Shown here one piece after another: positions 37,201 through 49,950 of a DNA stretch of 64,000 bases; the first letter of the stretch is position 1, and each line of letters begins with the position of its first letter. The translations under genes were made by a program, and so were the position numbers. The notes below the pieces were generated by a model. The model ran no database searches. It saw nothing but the letters and a program-made list of their open reading frames with translations, and had not been told where the DNA came from. Source of the DNA: Eledone cirrhosa (taxonomy: Eukaryota); the NCBI GenBank assembly GCA_964016885.1, contig OZ024762.1:29512001-29576000 (forward strand), in the 5' to 3' direction.

Positions 37201-40200
37201 GCAGTAAGGGTAGAGGGTCAGATGTCATGTTAGGGTGGTGGGTTGGCAGTAAGGGTAGAGGGTCAGATGTCAGGTTAGGGTGGTGGGTTGCCAGTATTGG
37301 TAGAGGGTCAGATGTCAGGTTAGGGTGGTGGGTTGGCAGTATTGGTAGAGGGTCAGATGTCAGGTTAGGGTGGTGGGTTGGCAGTATTGGTAGAGGGTCA
37401 GATGTCAGGTTAGGGTGGTGGGTTGTCAGTAAGGGTAGAGGGTCAGATGTCAGGTTAGGGTGGTGGGTTGTCAGTAAGGGTAGAGGGTCAGATGTCAGGT
37501 TAGGGTGGTGGGTTGGCAGTAAGGGTAGAGGGTCAGATGTCAGGTTAGGGTGGTGGGTTGGCAGTAAGGGTAGAGGGTCAGATGTCATGTTAGGGTGGTG
37601 GGTTGGCAGTAAGGGTAGAGGGTCAGATGTCATGTTAGGGTGGTGGGTTGGCAGTAAGGGTAGAGGGTCAGACACCATGTTAGGGTGGTGGGTTGGCAGT
37701 AAGTGTAGAAGTTCAGATGTCATGTTAGGGTGGTGGTTTGGCAGTAAGGGTAGAGGGTCAGATGTCAGGTTAGGGTGGTGGGTTGGCAGTAAGGGTAGAG
37801 GGTCAGATGTCAGGTTAGGGTGGTGGGTTGTCAGTAAGGGTAGAGGGTCAGATGTCAGGTTAGGGTGGTGGGTTGTCAGTAAGGGTAGAGGGTCAGATGT
37901 CAGGTTAGGGTGGTGGGTTGGCAGTAAGGGTAGAGGGTCAGATGTCAGGTTAGGGTGGTGGGTTGGCAGTATTGGTAGAGGGTCAGATGTCAGGTTAGGG
38001 TGGTGGGTTGGCAGTATTGGTAGAGGGTCAGATGCCATGTTAGGGTGGTGTGTTGGCAGTATTGGTAGAGGGTCAGATGTCAGGTTAGGGTGGTGGATTG
38101 GCAGTATTGGTAGAGGGTCAGATGTCATGTTAGGGTGGTGGGTTGGCAGTATTGGTAGAGGGTCAGATGTCAGGTTAGGGTGGTGGGTTGGCAGTATTGG
38201 TAGAGGGTCAGATGTCAGGTTAGGGTGGTGGGTTGGTAGTAAGGGTAGAGGGTCAGATGTCATGTTAGGGTGGTGGTTTGGCAGTATTGGTAGAGGGTCA
38301 GATGTCATGCTAGGGTGGTGGGTTGGCAGTAAGGGTAGAGGGTCAGATGTCAGGTTAGGGTGGTGGGTTGGCAGTATTGGTTAGAGGGTCAGATGTCAGG
38401 TTAGGGTAATGGGTTGGTAGTAAGGGTAGAGGGTCAGATGTCAGGTTAGGGTGGTGGGTTGGCAGTATTGGTAGAGGGTCAGATGTCATGTTAGGGTGGT
38501 GGGTTGGCAGTAAGGGTAGAGGGTCCGATGTCATGTTAGGGTGGTGGGTTGGCAGTAAGGGTAGAGGGTCAGACACCATGTTAGGGTGGTGGGTTGCCAG
38601 TAAGGGTAGAGGGTCAGATGTCATGTTAGGGTGGTGGGTTGGCAGTAAGGGTAGAGGGTCAGATGTCAGGTTAGGGTGGTGGGTTGTCAGTAAGGGTAGA
38701 GGGTCAGATGTCAGGTTAGGGTGGTGGGTTGGCAGTAAGGGTAGAGGGTCAGATGTCATGTTAGGGTGGTGGGTTTGCAATATTGGTAGAGGGTCAGATG
38801 TCAGGTTAGGGTGGTGGTTTGGCAGTATTGGTAGAGGGTCAGATGTCATGTTAGGGTGGTGGTTTGGCAGTAAGGGTAGAGGGTCAGATGTCATGTTAGG
38901 GTGGTGGGTTGGCAGTAAGGGTAGAGGGTCAGATGTCATGTTAGGGTGGTGGGTTGGCAGTATTGGTAGAGGGTCAGACGCCATGTTAGGGTGGTGGGTT
39001 GGCAGTATTGGTAGAGGGTCAGATGTCATGTTAGGGTGGTGGGTTGGCAGTATTGGTAGAGGGTCAGATGTCATGTTAGGGTGGTGGGTTGGCAGTATTG
39101 GTAGAGGGTCAGATGTCAGGTTAGGGTGGTGGGTTGGCAGTAAGGGTAGAGGGTCAGATGTCAGGTTAGTGTGGTGGGTTGCCAGTATTGGTAGAGGGTC
39201 AGATGTCAGGTTAGGGTGGTGGGTTGGCAGTATTGGTAGAGGGTCAGATGTCAGGTTAGGGTGGTGGGTTGGCAGTATTGGTAGAGGGTCAGATGTCATG
39301 TTAGGGTGGTGGGTTGGCAGTATTGGTAGAGGGTCAGATGTCATGTTAGGGTGGTGGGTTGGCAGTATTGGTAGAGGGTCAGATGTCAGGTTAGGGTGGT
39401 GGGTTGGCAGTAAGGGTAGAGGGTCAGATGTCAGGTTAGGGTGGTGGGTTGCCAGTATTGGTAGAGGGTCAGATGTCAGGTTAGGGTGGTGGGTTGGCAG
39501 TATTGGTAGAGGGTCAGATGTCAGGTTAGGATGGTGTGTTGGCAGTATTGGTAGAGGGTCAGACGCCATGTTAGGGTGGTGGGTTGGCAGTATTGGTAGA
39601 GGGTCAGATGTCATGTTAGGGTGGTGGGTTGGCAGTATTGGTAGAGGGTTAGATGTCAGGTTAGGGTGGTGGGTTGGCAGTAAGGGTAGAGGGTCAGATG
39701 TCAGGTTAGGGTGGTGGGTTGCCAGTATTGGTAGAGGGTCAGATGTCAGGTTAGGGTGGTGGGTTGGCAGTATTGGTAGAGGGTCAGATGTCAGGTTAGG
39801 GTGGTGGGTTGGCAGTATTGGTAGAGGGTCAGATGTCAGGTTAGGGTGGTGGGTTGGCAGTAAGGGTAGAGGGTCAGATGTCAGGTTAGGGTGGTGGGTT
39901 GGCAGTATTGGTAGAGGGTCAGATGTCATGTTAGGGTGGTGGGTTGGCAGTATTGGTAGAGGGTCAGATGTCATGTTAGGGTGGTGGGTTGGCAGTATTG
40001 GTAGAGGATCAGATGTCATGTTAGGGTGGTGGGTTGGCAGTATTGGTAGAGGGTCAGATGTCAGGTTAGGGTGGTGGGTTGGCAGTAAGGGTAGAGGGTC
40101 AGATGTCAGGTTAGGGTGGTGGGTTGGCAGTAAGGGTAGAGGGTCAGATGTCAGGTTAGGGTGGTGGGTTGGCAGTATTGGTAGAGGGTCAGATGTCAGG

Positions 40201-43200
40201 CTAGGGTGGTGGGTTGGCAGTATTGGTAGAGGGTCAGATGTCAGGTTAGGGTGGTGGGTTGGCAGTATTGGTAGAGGGTCAGATGTCAGGTTAGGGTGGT
40301 GGGTTGGCAGTAAGGGTAGAGGGTCAGACACCATGTTAGGGTGGTGGGTTGGCAGTAAGGGTAGAGGGTCAGACACCATGTTAGGGTGATGGGTTGGCAG
40401 TAAGGGTTGAGGGTCAGATGCCATGTTAGCGTGGTGGGTTGGCAGTAAGGGTAGAGGGTCAGATGTCATGTTAGGGTGGTGGTTTGGCAGTAAGGGTAGA
40501 GGCTCAGATGTCAGGTTAGGGTGGTGGGTTGTCAGTAAGGGTAGAGGGTCAGATGTCAAATTAGGGTGGTGGGTTGGCAGTAAGGGTAGAGTGTCAGATG
40601 TCAGGTTAGGGTGGTGGGTTGTCAGTAAGGGTAGAGGGTCAGATGTCAGGTTAGGGTGGTGGGTTGTCAGTAAGGGTAGAGGATCAGATGTCAGGTTAGG
40701 GTGGTGGGTTGGCAGTAAGGGTAGAGGTTCAGATGTCAGGTTAGGGTGGTGGGTTGGCAGTAAGGGTAGAGGGTCAGATGTCATGTTAGGGTGGTGGGTT
40801 GTCAGTAAGGGTAGAGGGTCAGATGTCAGGTTAGGGTGGTGGGTTGGCAGTAAGGGTAGAGGGTCAGATGTCAGGTTAGGGTGGTGGGTTGGCAGTAAGG
40901 GTAGAGGGTCAGATGTCATGTTAGGGTGGTGGGTTGGCAGTAAGGGTAGAGGGTCAGATGTCATGTTAGGGTGGTGGGTTGGCAGTAAGGGTAGAGGGTC
41001 AGACACCATGTTAGGGTGGTGGGTTGGCAGTAAGGGTAGAGGGTCAGATGTCATGTTAGGGTGGTGGGTTGGCAGTAAGGGTAGAGGGTCAGATGTCAGG
41101 TTAGGGTGGTGGGTTGGCAGTAAGGGTAGAGGGTCAGATGTCAGGTTAGGGTGGTGGGTTGGCAGTATTGGTAGAGGGTCAGATGTCAGGTTAGGGTGGT
41201 GGGTTGGCAGTATTGGTAGAGAGTCAGATGCCATGTTAGGGTGGTGGGTTGGCAGTATTGGTAGAGGGTCAGATGTCAGGTTAGGGTGGTGGATTGGCAG
41301 TATTGGTAGAGGGTCAGATGTCAGGTTAGGGTGGTGGGTTGGCAGTATTGGTAGAGGGTCAGATGTCAGGTTAGGGTGGTGGGTTGGCAGTATTGGTAGA
41401 GGGTCAGATGTCAGGTTAGGGTGGTGGGTTGGTAGTAAGGGTAGAGGGTCAGATGTCATGTTAGGGTGGTGGGTTGGCAGTATTGGTAGAGGGTTAGATG
41501 TCATGCTAGGGTGGTGGGTTGGCAGTAAGGGTAGAGGGTCAGATGTCAGGTTAGGGTGGTGGGTTGGCAGTATTGGTAGAGGGTCAGATGTCAGGTTAGG
41601 GTGTTGGGTTGGTAGTAAGGGTAGAGGGTCAGATGTCAGGTTAGGGTGGTGGGTTGGCAGTATTGGTAGAGGGTCAGATGTCATGTTAGGGTGGTGGGTT
41701 GGCAGTATTGGTAGAGGGTCAGATGTCATGTTAGGGTGGTGGGTTGGCAGTATTGGTAGAGGATCAGATGTCATGTTAGGGTGGTGGGTTGGCAGTATTG
41801 GTAGAGGGTCAGATGTCAGGTTAGGGTGGTGGGTTGGCAGTAAGGGTAGAGGGTCAGATGTCAGGTTAGGGTGGTGGGTTGGCAGTAAGGGTAGAGGGTC
41901 AGATGTCAGGTTAGGGTGGTGGGTTGGCAGTATTGGTAGAGGGTCAGATGTCAGGCTAGGGTGGTGGGTTGGCAGTATTGGTAGAGGGTCTGATGTCAGG
42001 TTAGGGTGGTGGGTTGGCAGTATTGGTAGAGGGTCAGATGTCAGGTTAGGGTGGTGGGTTGGCAGTAAGGGTAGAGGGTCAGACACCATGTTAGGGTGGT
42101 GGGTTGGCAGTAAGGGTAGAGGGTCAGACACCATGTTAGGGTGATGGGTTGGCAGTAAGGGTTGAGGGTCAGATGTCAGGTTAGGGTGGTGGGTTGTCAG
42201 TAAGGGTAGAGGGTCAGATGTCAGGTTAGGGTGGTGGGTTGGCAGTAAGGGTAGAGGGTCAGATGTCAGGTTAGGGTGGTGGGTTGGCAGTAAGGGTAGA
42301 GGGTCAGATGTCATGTTAGGGTGGTGGGTTGGCAGTAAGGGTAGAGGGTCAGATGTCATGTTAGGGTGGTGGGTTGGCAGTAAGGGTAGAGGGTCAGACA
42401 CCATGTTAGGGTGGTGGGTTGGCAGTAAGTGTAGAAGTTCAGATGTCATGTTAGGGTGGTGGTTTGGCAGTAAGGGTAGAGGGTCAGATGTCAGGTTAGG
42501 GTGGTGGGTTGGCAGTAAGGGTAGAGGGTCAGATGTCAGGTTAGGGTGGTGGGTTGTCAGTAAGGGTAGAGGGTCAGATGTCAGGTTAGGGTGGTGGGTT
42601 GTCAGTAAGGGTAGAGGGTCAGATGTCAGGTTAGGGTGGTGGGTTGGCAGTAAGGGTAGAGGGTCAGATGTCAGGTTAGGGTGGTGGGTTGGCAGTATTG
42701 GTAGAGGGTCAGATGTCAGGTTAGGGTGGTGGGTTGGCAGTATTGGTAGAGGGTCAGATGCCATGTTAGGGTGGTGTGTTGGCAGTATTGGTAGAGGGTC
42801 AGATGTCAGGTTAGGGTGGTGGATTGGCAGTATTGGTAGAGGGTCAGATGTCATGTTAGGGTGGTGGGTTGGCAGTATTGGTAGAGGGTCAGATGTCAGG
42901 TTAGGGTGGTGGGTTGGCAGTATTGGTAGAGGGTCAGATGTCAGGTTAGGGTGGTGGGTTGGTAGTAAGGGTAGAGGGTCAGATGTCATGTTAGGGTGGT
43001 GGTTTGGCAGTATTGGTAGAGGGTCAGATGTCATGCTAGGGTGGTGGGTTGGCAGTAAGGGTAGAGGGTCAGATGTCAGGTTAGGGTGGTGGGTTGGCAG
43101 TATTGGTTAGAGGGTCAGATGTCAGGTTAGGGTAATGGGTTGGTAGTAAGGGTAGAGGGTCAGATGTCAGGTTAGGGTGGTGGGTTGGCAGTATTGGTAG

Positions 43201-44863
43201 AGGGTCAGATGTCATGTTAGGGTGGTGGGTTGGCAGTAAGGGTAGAGGGTCCGATGTCATGTTAGGGTGGTGGGTTGGCAGTAAGGGTAGAGGGTCAGAC
43301 ACCATGTTAGGGTGGTGGGTTGCCAGTAAGGGTAGAGGGTCAGATGTCATGTTAGGGTGGTGGGTTGGCAGTAAGGGTAGAGGGTCAGATGTCAGGTTAG
43401 GGTGGTGGGTTGTCAGTAAGGGTAGAGGGTCAGATGTCAGGTTAGGGTGGTGGGTTGGCAGTAAGGGTAGAGGGTCAGATGTCATGTTAGGGTGGTGGGT
43501 TTGCAATATTGGTAGAGGGTCAGATGTCAGGTTAGGGTGGTGGGTTGGCAGTATTGGTAGAGGGTCACATGTCAGGTTAGGGAGGTGGTTTGGCAATATT
43601 GGTAGAGGGTCAGATGTCAGGTTAGGGTGGTGGTTTGGCAGTATTGGTAGAGGGTCAGATGTCATGTTAGGGTGGTGGTTTGGCAGTAAGGGTAGAGGGT
43701 CAGATGTCATGTTAGGGTGGTGGGTTGGCAGTAAGGGTAGAGGGTCAGATGTCAGGTTAGGGTGGTGGGTTGCCAGTATTGGTAGAGGGTCAGATGTCAG
43801 GTTAGGGTGGTGGGTTGGCAGTATTGGTAGAGGGTCAGATGTCAGGTTAGGGTGGTGGGTTGGCAGTATTGGTAGAGGGTCAGATGTCAGGTTAGGGTGG
43901 TGGGTTGTCAGTAAGGGTAGAGGGTCAGATGTCAGGTTAGGGTGGTGGGTTGTCAGTAAGGGTAGAGGGTCAGATGTCAGGTTAGGGTGGTGGGTTGGCA
44001 GTAAGGGTAGAGGGTCAGATGTCAGGTTAGGGTGGTGGGTTGGCAGTAAGGGTAGAGGGTCAGATGTCATGTTAGGGTGGTGGGTTGGCAGTAAGGGTAG
44101 AGGGTCAGATGTCATGTTAGGGTGGTGGGTTGGCAGTAAGGGTAGAGGGTCAGACACCATGTTAGGGTGGTGGGTTGGCAGTAAGTGTAGAAGTTCAGAT
44201 GTCATGTTAGGGTGGTGGTTTGGCAGTAAGGGTAGAGGGTCAGATGTCAGGTTAGGGTGGTGGGTTGGCAGTAAGGGTAGAGGGTCAGATGTCAGGTTAG
44301 GGTGGTGGGTTGTCAGTAAGGGTAGAGGGTCAGATGTCAGGTTAGGGTGGTGGGTTGTCAGTAAGGGTAGAGGGTCAGATGTCAGGTTAGGGTGGTGGGT
44401 TGGCAGTAAGGGTAGAGGGTCAGATGTCAGGTTAGGGTGGTGGGTTGGCAGTATTGGTAGAGGGTCAGATGTCAGGTTAGGGTGGTGGGTTGGCAGTATT
44501 GGTAGAGGGTCAGATGCCATGTTAGGGTGGTGTGTTGGCAGTATTGGTAGAGGGTCAGATGTCAGGTTAGGGTGGTGGATTGGCAGTATTGGTAGAGGGT
44601 CAGATGTCATGTTAGGGTGGTGGGTTGGCAGTATTGGTAGAGGGTCAGATGTCAGGTTAGGGTGGTGGGTTGGCAGTATTGGTAGAGGGTCAGATGTCAG
44701 GTTAGGGTGGTGGGTTGGTAGTAAGGGTAGAGGGTCAGATGTCATGTTAGGGTGGTGGTTTGGCAGTATTGGTAGAGGGTCAGATGTCATGCTAGGGTGG
44801 TGGGTTGGCAGTAAGGGTAGAGGGTCAGATGTCAGGTTAGGGTGGTGGGTTGGCAGTATTGGT
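31270..44863 (+). repeat. Higher-order repeat domain with alternating short (39-40 monomer) and long (79, 105 monomer) blocks
   Basis: The +1 marker occurs at about 31270, 33070, 36626, 38381, 43107 and 44863 (spacings 1800, 3556, 1755, 4726, 1756 bp). Diagnostic variants are shared between blocks: GGGTAATGG, GGTCCGATG, GGTCACATG, GGGTTGAGGG and TTAGCGTGG. Confidence 0.85.
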
Positions 44864-47800
44864 TAGAGGGTCAGATGTCAGGTTAGGGTAATGGGTTGGT
44901 AGTAAGGGTAGAGGGTCAGATGTCAGGTTAGGGTGGTGGGTTGGCAGTATTGGTAGAGGGTCAGATGTCATGTTAGGGTGGTGGGTTGGCAGTAAGGGTA
45001 GAGGGTCCGATGTCATGTTAGGGTGGTGGGTTGGCAGTAAGGGTAGAGGGTCAGACACCATGTTAGGGTGGTGGGTTGCCAGTAAGGGTAGAGGGTCAGA
45101 TGTCATGTTAGGGTGGTGGGTTGGCAGTAAGGGTAGAGGGTCAGATGTCAGGTTAGGGTGGTGGGTTGTCAGTAAGGGTAGAGGGTCAGATGTCAGGTTA
45201 GGGTGGTGGGTTGGCAGTAAGGGTAGAGGGTCAGATGTCATGTTAGGGTGGTGGGTTTGCAATATTGGTAGAGGGTCAGATGTCAGGTTAGGGTGGTGGT
45301 TTGGCAGTATTGGTAGAGGGTCAGATGTCATGTTAGGGTGGTGGTTTGGCAGTAAGGGTAGAGGGTCAGATGTCATGTTAGGGTGGTGGGTTGGCAGTAA
45401 GGGTAGAGGGTCAGATGTCATGTTAGGGTGGTGGGTTGGCAGTATTGGTAGAGGGTCAGACGCCATGTTAGGGTGGTGGGTTGGCAGTATTGGTAGAGGG
45501 TCAGATGTCATGTTAGGGTGGTGGGTTGGCAGTATTGGTAGAGGGTCAGATGTCATGTTAGGGTGGTGGGTTGGCAGTATTGGTAGAGGGTCAGATGTCA
45601 GGTTAGGGTGGTGGGTTGGCAGTAAGGGTAGAGGGTCAGATGTCAGGTTAGTGTGGTGGGTTGCCAGTATTGGTAGAGGGTCAGATGTCAGGTTAGGGTG
45701 GTGGGTTGGCAGTATTGGTAGAGGGTCAGATGTCAGGTTAGGGTGGTGGGTTGGCAGTATTGGTAGAGGGTCAGATGTCATGTTAGGGTGGTGGGTTGGC
45801 AGTATTGGTAGAGGGTCAGATGTCATGTTAGGGTGGTGGGTTGGCAGTATTGGTAGAGGGTCAGATGTCAGGTTAGGGTGGTGGGTTGGCAGTAAGGGTA
45901 GAGGGTCAGATGTCAGGTTAGGGTGGTGGGTTGCCAGTATTGGTAGAGGGTCAGATGTCAGGTTAGGGTGGTGGGTTGGCAGTATTGGTAGAGGGTCAGA
46001 TGTCAGGTTAGGATGGTGTGTTGGCAGTATTGGTAGAGGGTCAGACGCCATGTTAGGGTGGTGGGTTGGCAGTATTGGTAGAGGGTCAGATGTCATGTTA
46101 GGGTGGTGGGTTGGCAGTATTGGTAGAGGGTTAGATGTCAGGTTAGGGTGGTGGGTTGGCAGTAAGGGTAGAGGGTCAGATGTCAGGTTAGGGTGGTGGG
46201 TTGCCAGTATTGGTAGAGGGTCAGATGTCAGGTTAGGGTGGTGGGTTGGCAGTATTGGTAGAGGGTCAGATGTCAGGTTAGGGTGGTGGGTTGGCAGTAT
46301 TGGTAGAGGGTCAGATGTCAGGTTAGGGTGGTGGGTTGGCAGTAAGGGTAGAGGGTCAGATGTCAGGTTAGGGTGGTGGGTTGGCAGTATTGGTAGAGGG
46401 TCAGATGTCATGTTAGGGTGGTGGGTTGGCAGTATTGGTAGAGGGTCAGATGTCATGTTAGGGTGGTGGGTTGGCAGTATTGGTAGAGGATCAGATGTCA
46501 TGTTAGGGTGGTGGGTTGGCAGTATTGGTAGAGGGTCAGATGTCAGGTTAGGGTGGTGGGTTGGCAGTAAGGGTAGAGGGTCAGATGTCAGGTTAGGGTG
46601 GTGGGTTGGCAGTAAGGGTAGAGGGTCAGATGTCAGGTTAGGGTGGTGGGTTGGCAGTATTGGTAGAGGGTCAGATGTCAGGCTAGGGTGGTGGGTTGGC
46701 AGTATTGGTAGAGGGTCAGATGTCAGGTTAGGGTGGTGGGTTGGCAGTATTGGTAGAGGGTCAGATGTCAGGTTAGGGTGGTGGGTTGGCAGTAAGGGTA
46801 GAGGGTCAGACACCATGTTAGGGTGGTGGGTTGGCAGTAAGGGTAGAGGGTCAGACACCATGTTAGGGTGATGGGTTGGCAGTAAGGGTTGAGGGTCAGA
46901 TGCCATGTTAGCGTGGTGGGTTGGCAGTAAGGGTAGAGGGTCAGATGTCATGTTAGGGTGGTGGTTTGGCAGTAAGGGTAGAGGCTCAGATGTCAGGTTA
47001 GGGTGGTGGGTTGTCAGTAAGGGTAGAGGGTCAGATGTCAAATTAGGGTGGTGGGTTGGCAGTAAGGGTAGAGTGTCAGATGTCAGGTTAGGGTGGTGGG
47101 TTGTCAGTAAGGGTAGAGGGTCAGATGTCAGGTTAGGGTGGTGGGTTGTCAGTAAGGGTAGAGGATCAGATGTCAGGTTAGGGTGGTGGGTTGGCAGTAA
47201 GGGTAGAGGTTCAGATGTCAGGTTAGGGTGGTGGGTTGGCAGTAAGGGTAGAGGGTCAGATGTCATGTTAGGGTGGTGGGTTGTCAGTAAGGGTAGAGGG
47301 TCAGATGTCAGGTTAGGGTGGTGGGTTGGCAGTAAGGGTAGAGGGTCAGATGTCAGGTTAGGGTGGTGGGTTGGCAGTAAGGGTAGAGGGTCAGATGTCA
47401 TGTTAGGGTGGTGGGTTGGCAGTAAGGGTAGAGGGTCAGATGTCATGTTAGGGTGGTGGGTTGGCAGTAAGGGTAGAGGGTCAGACACCATGTTAGGGTG
47501 GTGGGTTGGCAGTAAGGGTAGAGGGTCAGATGTCATGTTAGGGTGGTGGGTTGGCAGTAAGGGTAGAGGGTCAGATGTCAGGTTAGGGTGGTGGGTTGGC
47601 AGTAAGGGTAGAGGGTCAGATGTCAGGTTAGGGTGGTGGGTTGGCAGTATTGGTAGAGGGTCAGATGTCAGGTTAGGGTGGTGGGTTGGCAGTATTGGTA
47701 GAGAGTCAGATGCCATGTTAGGGTGGTGGGTTGGCAGTATTGGTAGAGGGTCAGATGTCAGGTTAGGGTGGTGGATTGGCAGTATTGGTAGAGGGTCAGA

Positions 47801-48655
47801 TGTCAGGTTAGGGTGGTGGGTTGGCAGTATTGGTAGAGGGTCAGATGTCAGGTTAGGGTGGTGGGTTGGCAGTATTGGTAGAGGGTCAGATGTCAGGTTA
47901 GGGTGGTGGGTTGGTAGTAAGGGTAGAGGGTCAGATGTCATGTTAGGGTGGTGGGTTGGCAGTATTGGTAGAGGGTTAGATGTCATGCTAGGGTGGTGGG
48001 TTGGCAGTAAGGGTAGAGGGTCAGATGTCAGGTTAGGGTGGTGGGTTGGCAGTATTGGTAGAGGGTCAGATGTCAGGTTAGGGTGTTGGGTTGGTAGTAA
48101 GGGTAGAGGGTCAGATGTCAGGTTAGGGTGGTGGGTTGGCAGTATTGGTAGAGGGTCAGATGTCATGTTAGGGTGGTGGGTTGGCAGTATTGGTAGAGGG
48201 TCAGATGTCATGTTAGGGTGGTGGGTTGGCAGTATTGGTAGAGGATCAGATGTCATGTTAGGGTGGTGGGTTGGCAGTATTGGTAGAGGGTCAGATGTCA
48301 GGTTAGGGTGGTGGGTTGGCAGTAAGGGTAGAGGGTCAGATGTCAGGTTAGGGTGGTGGGTTGGCAGTAAGGGTAGAGGGTCAGATGTCAGGTTAGGGTG
48401 GTGGGTTGGCAGTATTGGTAGAGGGTCAGATGTCAGGCTAGGGTGGTGGGTTGGCAGTATTGGTAGAGGGTCAGATGTCAGGTTAGGGTGGTGGGTTGGC
48501 AGTATTGGTAGAGGGTCAGATGTCAGGTTAGGGTGGTGGGTTGGCAGTAAGGGTAGAGGGTCAGACACCATGTTAGGGTGGTGGGTTGGCAGTAAGGGTA
48601 GAGGGTCAGACACCATGTTAGGGTGATGGGTTGGCAGTAAGGGTTGAGGGTCAGA
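38381..48655 (+). repeat. Recent segmental duplication with offset 6,482 bp (about 38381-42170 and 44863-48655)
   Basis: The ORF-track translations at 38488..40389 and 44970..46871 (633 aa) match, as do 40423..42144 and 46905..48626 (573 aa). Rare variants GTCAAATTAG, GAGGCTCAG, GAGGATCAG, GAGGTTCAG and GAGAGTCAG recur at the same offset. Confidence 0.85.
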
Positions 48656-49950
48656 TGCCATGTTAGCGTGGTGGGTTGGCAGTAAGGGTAGAGGGTCAGA
48701 TGTCATGTTAGGGTGGTGGTTTGGCAGTAAGGGTAGAGGCTCAGATGTCAGGTTAGGGTGGTGGGTTGTCAGTAAGGGTAGAGGGTCAGATGTCAAATTA
48801 GGGTGGTGGGTTGGCAGTAAGGGTAGAGTGTCAGATGTCAGGTTAGGGTGGTGGGTTGTCAGTAAGGGTAGAGGGTCAGATGTCAGGTTAGGGTGGTGGG
48901 TTGTCAGTAAGGGTAGAGGATCAGATGTCAGGTTAGGGTGGTGGGTTGGCAGTAAGGGTAGAGGTTCAGATGTCAGGTTAGGGTGGTGGGTTGGCAGTAA
49001 GGGTAGAGGGTCAGATGTCATGTTAGGGTGGTGGGTTGTCAGTAAGGGTAGAGGGTCAGATGTCAGGTTAGGGTGGTGGGTTGGCAGTAAGGGTAGAGGG
49101 TCAGATGTCAGGTTAGGGTGGTGGGTTGGCAGTAAGGGTAGAGGGTCAGATGTCATGTTAGGGTGGTGGGTTGGCAGTAAGGGTAGAGGGTCAGATGTCA
49201 TGTTAGGGTGGTGGGTTGGCAGTAAGGGTAGAGGGTCAGACACCATGTTAGGGTGGTGGGTTGGCAGTAAGGGTAGAGGGTCAGATGTCATGTTAGGGTG
49301 GTGGGTTGGCAGTAAGGGTAGAGGGTCAGATGTCAGGTTAGGGTGGTGGGTTGGCAGTAAGGGTAGAGGGTCAGATGTCAGGTTAGGGTGGTGGGTTGGC
49401 AGTATTGGTAGAGGGTCAGATGTCAGGTTAGGGTGGTGGGTTGGCAGTATTGGTAGAGAGTCAGATGCCATGTTAGGGTGGTGGGTTGGCAGTATTGGTA
49501 GAGGGTCAGATGTCAGGTTAGGGTGGTGGATTGGCAGTATTGGTAGAGGGTCAGATGTCAGGTTAGGGTGGTGGGTTGGCAGTATTGGTAGAGGGTCAGA
49601 TGTCAGGTTAGGGTGGTGGGTTGGCAGTATTGGTAGAGGGTCAGATGTCAGGTTAGGGTGGTGGGTTGGTAGTAAGGGTAGAGGGTCAGATGTCATGTTA
49701 GGGTGGTGGGTTGGCAGTATTGGTAGAGGGTTAGATGTCATGCTAGGGTGGTGGGTTGGCAGTAAGGGTAGAGGGTCAGATGTCAGGTTAGGGTGGTGGG
49801 TTGGCAGTATTGGTAGAGGGTCAGATGTCAGGTTAGGGTGTTGGGTTGGTAGTAAGGGTAGAGGGTCAGATGTCAGGTTAGGGTGGTGGGTTGGCAGTAT
49901 TGGTAGAGGGTCAGATGTCATGTTAGGGTGGTGGGTTGGCAGTATTGGTA
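46480..49950 (+). repeat. Tandem duplication of a 39-monomer unit (1,755 bp)
   Basis: GGGTTGAGGG / TTAGCGTGG / GTCAAATTAG series starts at about 46886 and again at about 48641. The ORF starts 46905 and 48660 differ by 1755 = 39 x 45. Boundaries are approximate. Confidence 0.8.

Noticed and set aside
1271-44790. Minus-strand ORFs ending in LTNTANPPP* as repeated genes with a conserved C-terminus or programmed frameshift
   Set aside because: The tail is just the out-of-frame reading after the duplicated +1 insertion. The starts are arbitrary internal ATG variants, and I see no slippery heptamer.
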